This document shows, piece by piece, positions 47,410 to 56,375 of a stretch of DNA of 56,375 nt; within the stretch, counting starts at the first letter, position 1, and each line of letters begins with the position of its first letter. The notes beneath the pieces are model-generated. The model saw only the letters and a program-made list of their open reading frames with translations, ran no database searches and was not told the origin of the DNA. A program made the translations under genes and the position numbers. The DNA lies in NCBI GenBank assembly GCA_005879975.1, contig VBIL01000037.1:1-56375 (forward strand), read 5' to 3'. The stretch is from Chloroflexota bacterium. GTDB lineage: Bacteria; Chloroflexota; Limnocylindria; P2-11E.

Positions 47410-47455
47410 GCGCTTGTGTAGGGCTTTCTTTCCGCATCGTCAATTGACGTTTGCG
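47410..47455 (-). promoter_or_regulatory. Candidate promoter/operator for the MHS transporter
   Basis: Perfect palindrome CGTCAATTGACG (47438-49) contains TTGACG, which is 17 nt from TACACA on the minus strand. Confidence 0.45.
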
Positions 47456-47469
47456 CGTAACGAGAAGCG

Positions 47470-49434
<1,965 letters not shown>

Positions 49435-49446
49435 CCGCGTCCTCCC

Positions 49447-49944
49447 CTAGAGGGCGCTCGGCCTGCGCCGGTCGAGCGCGGTTAGATGCGCCTTGTAATG
49501 GTTTGGCAGCATGAGCAGCCAGCCAAAACAATTCAAATCGCCGTAATAAGGATGCCTGGCGGTGGCCTTGGCGTCAGGCTCGGCGGGGAACTCGGCGAGG
49601 AGGCGCGCGCAGGTGGCGGCGGCCTTTTCGGCCAGGGTGGAGATCCCTGCCCTCGAGACAGCCGAGGCCGCGGGCCGGGGCTGCCCGGTCTGACCGGCGG
49701 GGGCCGCCTGCGCGAGGCGGAGGCCGATGAGCGCGACGCCCCGCTCGACGATGAGCAGGTGGGTCGCCACCTGACCGAGCCCCCAGTCGTCATCCGACCC
49801 CCGGACGAGGTCTTCCTCGGACGCCGCGGCGACCCTACCGAGGAGTCGATCCCGCTCGACGGTCGTCGCGTCGACGAGCAGGCGGATGGTCTCCCGGAGC
49901 CACTCGGGTCGGTCTGGCGGGTCATCCACGACCCTAAGCGTCAC
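49447..49944 (-). CDS. DinB/DUF664-like protein
   Basis: WGLGQVATHL, HPYYGDLN, NHYKAH. Confidence 0.8.
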   Translation of the reverse strand: MTLRVVDDPPDRPEWLRETIRLLVDATTVERDRLLGRVAAASEEDLVRGSDDDWGLGQVATHLLIVERGVALIGLRLAQAAPAGQTGQPRPAASAVSRAGISTLAEKAAATCARLLAEFPAEPDAKATARHPYYGDLNCFGWLLMLPNHYKAHLTALDRRRPSAL

Positions 49945-50060
49945 GGTGACGATCATGAACCGTTGGGGGTCCGAGGGGGCTTGCCCCCTCGACATCTTGT
50001 GCGTTCGTGCAGAATGCGGCGCGAATCAACAAAGGCCCATAGGCCGCACTGGAGGGATAC

Positions 50061-50351
50061 GTGGCTGGGATCTCAAAGTCTGAGACCTTGAATCGGCTGT
50101 CCGAGAAGACCGGTCTAACCAAGAAGCAGGTCGGGCAATTCCTCGACGAGCTAGCTGCCCTCGCGTACAAGGAAGCCCGCAGCGGGTTCACCATCCCCGG
50201 CGTTGGCAAGCTCGTCATCGTCGACCGCAAGGCCCGCATGGGGCGCAACCCCGCGACCGGTCAGCCGATCTCAATCCCGGCGAAGCGCGTGCTCAAGTTC
50301 CGCATCGCCAAGCAGGCCAAGGACTCGGTTCTCGCGAAGCGCGGCAAGTAA
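50061..50351 (+). CDS. hup: Histone-like DNA-binding protein HU
   Basis: [28 protein letters not shown]; GGAGG RBS. Confidence 0.95.
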   Translation: MAGISKSETLNRLSEKTGLTKKQVGQFLDELAALAYKEARSGFTIPGVGKLVIVDRKARMGRNPATGQPISIPAKRVLKFRIAKQAKDSVLAKRGK

Positions 50352-50368
50352 CGCACTAGCACTCTTCC

Positions 50369-50406
50369 GAGCGAGGCCCGTCGGCAGAGCGAGGCGGGCC
50401 TCGCTC
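50369..50406 (+). terminator. Hairpin after HU gene
   Basis: GAGCGAGGCCCG/CGGGCCTCGCTC stem followed by TCGTTT. Confidence 0.55.
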
Positions 50407-50427
50407 TCGTTTCGTGCGGGGCACGTA

Positions 50428-50711
50428 ATGCGGCGGATCGCGGTCATCGGCAACGGCGGCGGCGGCAAGTCGACGCTTTGCCGCGCACTCGGCGATCGCC
50501 TCGGCCTTCCGGTGCGAGAGGTCGATGCGGTGCCGTGGTTTCCGGATGGCGGCGCGCTCCCCTCGATGAGACGGCGCGCATCCTTGAGGCGTGGGCGGCC
50601 GCGCCGCCAACGCTTCTGCTCTTTCGTACGCTCAAGCGAGTGAACGCGATGCGAGCGGAGCTGCTCGAGCTTGTGAGCAGGGGCGACCGCGCGGCAGGGC
50701 TAGCTCGCTGA
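50428..50711 (+). pseudogene. FlaR/adenylate-kinase-like P-loop protein, fragmented
   Basis: RIAVIGNGGGGKSTL; frameshift near 50540; much of the core appears absent. Confidence 0.7.
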
Positions 50712-51742
50712 TGCCGGGACCGAACGTCCCCTTCCCGCCGATGGAGGCCCTCCTCGTCGAGACGCTGCCGACGGGCGAGCGCTGGCAGTACGAGCCGAAG
50801 TGGGACGGATTCCGCGGAGTCCTCGAGAACGATGGGGGTGAGCTGGCGCTCTGGAGCCGCAACGGACGACCGCTCCTCCGTTATTTCCCGGAGCTGCGTC
50901 CGCTCGGAGACCTCCTGCCACCTCACTCCGCGCTCGACGGCGAGATCGTGATCGACCGTGAGGGCAAGCTCGACTTCGACGCGATGCAGATGCGCCTGCA
51001 TCCGGCGGAGTCACGCGTCCGGAAGCTCTCAGTGGAGACGCCGGCGCGCTACATCGTGTTCGACATCCTGCTCTGGAACGGCGAGCCGTTGCACGAGCGT
51101 CGGCTCGCTGAGCGACGCGTCGAGCTCGAGAAGCGCGCGAAGGGGTTCTCGCTCTCGCCGATCTCGAAGGATGCGGCGGTGGCGCGCCAGTGGCTCGAGC
51201 GGCTCGAGATCATCGGGCTCGATGGCGTGATCGCAAAGCGCCTCGACCTTGCCTACAAGCCCGGATCGCGCGAGGCCGTGTCGAAGGTCAAGCATCACCG
51301 CACGGTGGACTGCGTCATCGTCGGCTATCGCACCAGCGGTAGGGGGATCGCGAGCCTGCTCCTCGGTTTGTATCGCGACGATGGCACGCTCGACTTCGTC
51401 GGACACACCTCGGGAATCCCGCAGGCGCTGCAGGCTCAGCTGCAGACATTGCTTCCGCCGCTCCTCGAAGTAAGTCACGCGGGCGAGGAGTGGGGCCGCA
51501 CGCCGGGCGGGGGCTCGCGCTGGTCTCAGGGGAAGGATCTGCCCTGGCACGAGGTGCGCTCCGAGCTGGTCTGCGAGGTTCGCTTCGACAAGATGGAGGA
51601 CGAGCGCTTCCGTCACGGAACGCGCTTCCTGCGCTTTCGGCCGGACAAGGATCCCGAGCAGTGCACCTGGGAGCAGGTCCGGCCGACGCCCAAGCCGGGC
51701 GATCCGAAGCTCTCGGATCTCCTGGCCGGCCGCATCGCCTAA
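50711..51742 (+). CDS. ligC: ATP-dependent DNA ligase (LigC type)
   Basis: PPMEA, YEPKWDGFR, LDGEIV, FDIL, DGVIAK, KVK, SLLLGLY, RFRHG..RPDK. Confidence 0.92.
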   Translation: MPGPNVPFPPMEALLVETLPTGERWQYEPKWDGFRGVLENDGGELALWSRNGRPLLRYFPELRPLGDLLPPHSALDGEIVIDREGKLDFDAMQMRLHPAESRVRKLSVETPARYIVFDILLWNGEPLHERRLAERRVELEKRAKGFSLSPISKDAAVARQWLERLEIIGLDGVIAKRLDLAYKPGSREAVSKVKHHRTVDCVIVGYRTSGRGIASLLLGLYRDDGTLDFVGHTSGIPQALQAQLQTLLPPLLEVSHAGEEWGRTPGGGSRWSQGKDLPWHEVRSELVCEVRFDKMEDERFRHGTRFLRFRPDKDPEQCTWEQVRPTPKPGDPKLSDLLAGRIA

Positions 51743-51852
51743 GTAATCAATCCGGATAGTCCTAGTACGGCCTGACGTGCACGGTCGCGCCGTCGACGGC
51801 GTTCTTCAGCGCAGGACCGACATTTCGGTCCGGTGGGAAGGAGCGCTCTTAG

Positions 51853-52641
51853 ATGCTTTCGCGATCGTCTCTCCTGCGCTATGCCCTCGTCGCGGCGATT
51901 TCCGCCATGTCGGCCATGGCGCTAGTTGGAACAGCCGTCTACGCGCACAACGACGGGTTCAACGAGCGGATCGTCGCCTGCTTCGATTCCCGTGACCCCG
52001 ACAGCGAGCAATGCCGCGCCGCCCTTGAGGTGAGCCCGGTGGACGCGGACTTCTTCACGCGCCTCGCGGCCAATGTGCAGATGCCGCAGCCCAAGCCCGA
52101 GCCCAAGCCCGACCTCTATGCACTGCTCAAGGCGTGCGCCGCGACCAAGAACTTCGATAGCGACGAATGCGCCCGCGTGATCGACGCGAGCGGTCTCTCA
52201 CCCGCTGACTTCAAGGCGAAGTTCGCGGCGAAGCTCGGCTGCTTCAGCACCAGCAACAACGACGAAAAGAACCCGTGCCCAGTGAAGAAGCCGGAGTGCG
52301 CCAGCGCCACCAATCACGATGAGACCAACCCCTGCGCGAATCGGACCACCAAGCCCGACTGCGCCAGCACCAGCAACAACGACGAGACGAACCCGTGCGC
52401 GAAGACGACGACGAAGCCCGACTGCGCGAGCGCGAGCAATCAGGACGAGGTCAATCCCTGCGCTACGAAGCCATCGGTCGTGACGACCGCCGCTCTGAAG
52501 GAGTGCCTCACGCTCCGCGGCACGATGCACGGTCTGTCCGCGGGCGAGCTGATCGCCAAGGGCGAGCGCCTCAACACGGTATGCCGTCAGGCCTGGGCCG
52601 AGTCACGCCTCAGCGCCGGCGAGTTCTGGTCTAAGCACTAG
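51853..52641 (+). CDS. Secreted cysteine-rich protein with tandem C-x11-C repeats
   Basis: Signal peptide ending VYA; four C-x-S-x2-N-x-DE-x-NPC units. Confidence 0.82.
   Translation: MLSRSSLLRYALVAAISAMSAMALVGTAVYAHNDGFNERIVACFDSRDPDSEQCRAALEVSPVDADFFTRLAANVQMPQPKPEPKPDLYALLKACAATKNFDSDECARVIDASGLSPADFKAKFAAKLGCFSTSNNDEKNPCPVKKPECASATNHDETNPCANRTTKPDCASTSNNDETNPCAKTTTKPDCASASNQDEVNPCATKPSVVTTAALKECLTLRGTMHGLSAGELIAKGERLNTVCRQAWAESRLSAGEFWSKH
52240..52461 (+). repeat. Four coding repeats, 57-63 nt period
   Basis: First Cys codons at 52240, 52297, 52360, 52423. Confidence 0.85.
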
Positions 52642-52669
52642 CCCCCATACCCCCGAAACGCGGCCCGAG

Positions 52670-53656
52670 TCAGCGATGACTTGGGCCGCGTTGCTGTCCG
52701 GCACCCTTGCCGTACTGCGCTCGCCAGTCCACCGGAGGCCCCTTGCGCGGGCTGCGCTTTGGGAGCGTGCGTTTCACCTTCAATACGTCGAAGAGCGGGT
52801 CGAGACTCACCGCCTTCTCCCACATCCCCGCCGTGAGGTCGCCGACCTTCGCGATCCGGTCGCGCATCGTGACCATCGTGAAGTCACCCGGCTCTACATC
52901 GGGTACCTCGTCCCAACGCAGCGGCGCCGACGCGCGCGCGTCGGCGACCGGACGGATCGAATACGCCGAGGCGATCGTGCGGTCGAACGCGTTCTGTCCA
53001 TAGTCGACGAAGACGCCAGGGCGGCCGGCGACCTTCCACTGCGTCGTCGCGATCGATGGCACGAGCTTCACGATCTCCTTGGCCATGGCACGCGCGATCT
53101 CCCGCACGAGCGGGAACTCGAGCTCAGGGACGATCGGCACGAGAATGTGCATGCCGGTGACGCCGCTCGTTTTCGGGTAGCTCGCGACGCCGAGCTGGTC
53201 CAGGACCTGCTTCGTGGCCACGGCGATTTCGCGCACGTGCGACCAGGGGTTGCCTTCCGAGGGATCGAGGTCGATGAGCAGGTAGTCCGGTTTGTTCACG
53301 TCGGGAACGCGCGAGTGCCAGGTGTGCAGCTCGATGCATCCGAGGTTCGCGATCCAGGCGAGCCCGGCGGCGTCGGTCACGACCGGAAAATCCGCTTCGT
53401 TGCCCGACGGATAGTTGATGTGGACGGTCTCGAGCCACTCAGGATGCGGATTGGGCACCCGCTTCTGGTAGAAGAAGTCGCCGTCGACGCCATTGGGGTG
53501 CCGCTTCATCTGCATCGGCCGGCGAGCGACGTGATGGAGCACGGCGTCGGCGACGTCGACGTAGTACTGGACGAGGTCTCCTTTGGTCAGCCCGGACTGG
53601 GGAAAGAAGACCTTCTCGGGGTTGGTGACCTTGACCTCGTGCCCCGCGACCTCCAC
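52670..53656 (-). CDS. Standalone LigD-polymerase-domain primase-polymerase (Prim-PolC type)
   Basis: TNPEKVFFP, TKGDLVQYY, FYQKR, IDLDP, KTSG..GMH, FVDYGQN, ASAYSIR. Confidence 0.92.
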   Translation of the reverse strand: MEVAGHEVKVTNPEKVFFPQSGLTKGDLVQYYVDVADAVLHHVARRPMQMKRHPNGVDGDFFYQKRVPNPHPEWLETVHINYPSGNEADFPVVTDAAGLAWIANLGCIELHTWHSRVPDVNKPDYLLIDLDPSEGNPWSHVREIAVATKQVLDQLGVASYPKTSGVTGMHILVPIVPELEFPLVREIARAMAKEIVKLVPSIATTQWKVAGRPGVFVDYGQNAFDRTIASAYSIRPVADARASAPLRWDEVPDVEPGDFTMVTMRDRIAKVGDLTAGMWEKAVSLDPLFDVLKVKRTLPKRSPRKGPPVDWRAQYGKGAGQQRGPSHR

Positions 53657-53659
53657 GCG

Positions 53660-54037
53660 CTAGACGCGACGAGCGGCCGCCAGGTCGTCGACGGCCACGA
53701 TCAGCTCCTTATCACCGGCGCGCTCGCCAGCGGTGTACAGAGCAGTGATGTTCACGCCCGCCTCGGCGAGCCGGCGCGCGTAGCGGCCAAGCTCGCCGGG
53801 CTCGTCGCCGAGTGACACGGACAGCACCTCGCGCTTCGCGGTGACCTTCCACCCGCCGACCTTCAGCGCGGCGAGAGCGCGGTCTTCATTGTCGACGACG
53901 AAGTGGAGATGCCCGCGGCCATTCTGCGAGAACGCCGCGGCCGCTTTGATGTTCACGCGCGCCTGGCCAAAGAGCTCCCCGATCTCCGCGATGACGCCAG
54001 GGCGGTCCTCGGTCTCCACGACGATCTCCGTAGGCAC
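53660..54037 (-). CDS. Tandem ACT-domain protein
   Basis: EDRPGVIAEI...VNI and DEPGELG...VNITALY. Confidence 0.88.
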   Translation of the reverse strand: MPTEIVVETEDRPGVIAEIGELFGQARVNIKAAAAFSQNGRGHLHFVVDNEDRALAALKVGGWKVTAKREVLSVSLGDEPGELGRYARRLAEAGVNITALYTAGERAGDKELIVAVDDLAAARRV

Positions 54038-54061
54038 GGGCCCACTCTAGCCTTCACTTTC

Positions 54062-54460
54062 CTAGCGGCCGGTGAAGACCGTCCGCTCGTCGACGAAACA
54101 GAGCAGGTTGTCGAACGGATCCGACGCGTAGAAGCTTCGTTCGCCCCAGGGGCGCGCCACGATGTCGCCTGCCTTGGCGCCGTGGACCATCCCCGTCGAG
54201 AGTGCCCCGAGCTCGCGGGCCCGCGCGTGAACGCCCTCGAGGTCGGAGACGGCGAAGTACAGGTAGTCCGGCGTCGGTCGCGCCGATTCGCCGCCCGGTG
54301 TTGGATCAACCAGCGCGAGGATGACATCGCCGCAGTCGAAGTAATGCCGGGAACCGGGAATGCGCCGCCCCTGAGTGCCGAGGAGCGTGCCGTAGAAGTC
54401 GGCGGCGTGATCGAGATCGGAGACCTGAAGGATGACCCGGAAGAGCTGCGGTGCGCCCAC
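54062..54460 (-). CDS. VOC/glyoxalase family protein
   Basis: VSDLDHAADFY, LYFAVSDL, RPWGERSFYASDPFDN; GTG overlaps upstream TAG. Confidence 0.9.
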   Translation of the reverse strand: MGAPQLFRVILQVSDLDHAADFYGTLLGTQGRRIPGSRHYFDCGDVILALVDPTPGGESARPTPDYLYFAVSDLEGVHARARELGALSTGMVHGAKAGDIVARPWGERSFYASDPFDNLLCFVDERTVFTGR

Positions 54461-56088
54461 TAGACGAGGCTCCGATAGCTCGGGACATAGGCGATCGTGC
54501 GAATCCACGCTTCGAGATCACCCAACGGCCGCTCGATGGTCGCCAGGCCCCGGTCGAATATCACCTCTGCCACTTTGGCGGCCGCGCGCAGCTCGGTGTC
54601 GAGGATCGCCGATACCGGCGGATAGATCAGCCCGATGCCGATGTCCGTCGGCGTGACCTTCTCGGCCACGCCGCGCGCGGCGGCTATGAACATCTCATCG
54701 GTGACGCGGCGTGCGCCCGTGGCGAAGACGGCCATCCCCATCGCGGGAAAGATATACACGTTGTTGCCCTGGCCCGGAACGAAGGTCCGGTCGCCGATGC
54801 GCACGGGCGGGAACGGGCTGCCGCTCGCGAATATCGCGCGTCCCTCGGACCACGCATACGCCTGCTCGGCGGTGCATTCGGATCGCGATGTCGGGTTCGA
54901 ATACGGAAAGATCATCGGTCGTTCGTTGACTCGCGACATCGCCTCGATCACGCGGCGGTCGAATGCCCCGCCGACAGTGGAGAGCCCGATGATCCCCGTC
55001 GGTCGCAAGACTTCGATCGCCGTCGCGAAGTCGGCGATCGGCGCATGCCTTTGCGCGAACGGCCGCTGGTACTCGTGCATCTGGGTTCGGTCCGCGGTGA
55101 TCAGACCCTGGCGGTCGAAGAGCCAGATCCGCGAGCGTGCCTCGTCCGTGGACACACCTTCCGCGGACATCGCCTTCACGAGCAGCTCCGCCACACCGAT
55201 CGCCGCGGATCCCGCGCCCAGGAACAGGAACCGCTGCCGCGCGAGCGGAGCGCCGGTGATCCGCAGCGCGCCGAGAAGACCGGCGAGCGCGACCGCCGCC
55301 GTGCCCTGGATGTCGTCGTTGAAGCAGCAGACGCGGTCGCGGTAGCGCTCGAGCAGGCGGATCGCGTCGTTGCCCGCCCAGTCCTCGAACTGGATCAGCG
55401 TTCGCGGGAACTCCGCGTCCACCGCGGCCACGAACTCGTCGACGAACGCATCGAGCTCATCGTCGGCAGGGCGCGTCTGCTTGATCCCGAGGTAAAGCGG
55501 GTCGGTCAGGAGCGTCTCGTTGTTGGTCCCGGCGTCGATGAGCACCGGGAGCGTGAACTTCGGGGGCACACCACCGGCCGCGGTGTACAGGGCGAGTTTG
55601 CCGATCGGGATGCCCATGCCATTCGCACCGAGGTCGCCGAGACCGAGGATCCGCTCGCCGCTCGTCACGACGATGCAGCGGACATCGCGTTCCGGCCAGT
55701 TGCCCAAGATCTCGCGCACCCTGCCTTTGCGCTTTATCGACAGGTAGAGGCCACGCGGCCGCCGGATGATGTGGCCGAACTTCTGGCAGGCCTCGCCCAC
55801 GGTCGGCGTGTACACGATGGGCAGGAAGCGCGCCGGATCGGACATGAGCACGCGGTAGAAGAGCGTCTCGTCGGTGTCCTGAAGCTGCGACAGATAGATG
55901 TACCGCTCGAGATCGGTCGTCTTGCCATCGAGCTGCGCGAGCGCGCGACGCAGCTGCGTGTCGAGGTCGTCGATGCCCTCCGGCAATAAGCCGACCAGGC
56001 CGAGCGCCTCGCGTTCCTGTTCGCTGAATGCCGTCGACTTGTTCCGGCGCGGGTCGTGGAGCAGATCGGCCCCGCGCGGCGTCGTCAT
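54460..56088 (-). CDS. maeA: NAD(P)-dependent malic enzyme
   Basis: PIVYTPTVGEAC, ERILGLGDLG, QFED, FNDDIQGT, GAGSA, SNPT, GQGNN. Confidence 0.95.
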   Translation of the reverse strand: MTTPRGADLLHDPRRNKSTAFSEQEREALGLVGLLPEGIDDLDTQLRRALAQLDGKTTDLERYIYLSQLQDTDETLFYRVLMSDPARFLPIVYTPTVGEACQKFGHIIRRPRGLYLSIKRKGRVREILGNWPERDVRCIVVTSGERILGLGDLGANGMGIPIGKLALYTAAGGVPPKFTLPVLIDAGTNNETLLTDPLYLGIKQTRPADDELDAFVDEFVAAVDAEFPRTLIQFEDWAGNDAIRLLERYRDRVCCFNDDIQGTAAVALAGLLGALRITGAPLARQRFLFLGAGSAAIGVAELLVKAMSAEGVSTDEARSRIWLFDRQGLITADRTQMHEYQRPFAQRHAPIADFATAIEVLRPTGIIGLSTVGGAFDRRVIEAMSRVNERPMIFPYSNPTSRSECTAEQAYAWSEGRAIFASGSPFPPVRIGDRTFVPGQGNNVYIFPAMGMAVFATGARRVTDEMFIAAARGVAEKVTPTDIGIGLIYPPVSAILDTELRAAAKVAEVIFDRGLATIERPLGDLEAWIRTIAYVPSYRSLV

Positions 56089-56109
56089 CGGAGGTGGAGG
56101 ATAGTCGGA

Positions 56110-56375
56110 GTGGAATCATTCACCGCGATCGCCGTTGTCGCCGCGGTCATCGCGGGCGCGATCGCATCGGTCGCGGGATTCGGGATCGGCAGCGTCCTCA
56201 CGCCGGTGCTTTCCACGCAGCTCGACGTACGCCTCGCGATCGCCGCGGTATCGCTGCCCCACCTGGCTGGCACCTTCGTCCGCTTCCTGCTCGTGCGCGC
56301 GCACATTGATCGGGACAAGCTGCTTGGGTTCGGAGCGGCGAGCGCGGTCGGAGGCCTTACCGGTGCGGCGCTGCA
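56110..56375 (+). CDS. Sulfite exporter TauE/SafE family protein (partial, runs off window)
   Basis: MESFTAIAVVAAVIAGAIASVAGFGIGSVLTP... Confidence 0.85.
   Translation, partial: MESFTAIAVVAAVIAGAIASVAGFGIGSVLTPVLSTQLDVRLAIAAVSLPHLAGTFVRFLLVRAHIDRDKLLGFGAASAVGGLTGAAL

Noticed and set aside
52240-52461. 57-63 nt repeats as a CRISPR array
   Set aside because: Periods are multiples of 3 with synonymous variation inside a secreted ORF.

Overview
High-GC bacterial chromosomal window. Gene style and a Tad locus with no secretin suggest a monoderm, possibly Chloroflexota-like organism (inference). It holds mostly housekeeping and metabolic genes: a Tad/Flp pilus cluster next to a TatA-zinc-ribbon gene, ccdA/TlpA, transsulfuration genes, thrC, murA (Cys-to-Asp type), GGT, a RecB-like nuclease, an ABC-2 exporter, two LLM monooxygenases, KGG and CsbD stress proteins, a secreted heme peroxidase beside tRNA-Arg(UCU), lpdA, acs with an MFS transporter, HU, LigC and a PrimPol (LigD-Pol type), and malic enzyme. 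The standout signal is absent from the ORF track: a 71-aa gene at 34193-34408 with two in-frame TGA codons (U-R-G-N-U) and a SECIS-like hairpin, i.e. a candidate di-selenocysteine microprotein. It sits in a redox cluster with an LLM enzyme, two Gly-Tyr-ending micro-lipoproteins, a HiPIP-like 4-Cys membrane protein and a heme-oxygenase-like diiron enzyme. Other window-wide signals are leaderless TANNNT promoters, several genes lacking a canonical start codon, and repeated internal deletions/frameshifts that may be sequence errors. All product calls come from motif recognition; no database search was run.
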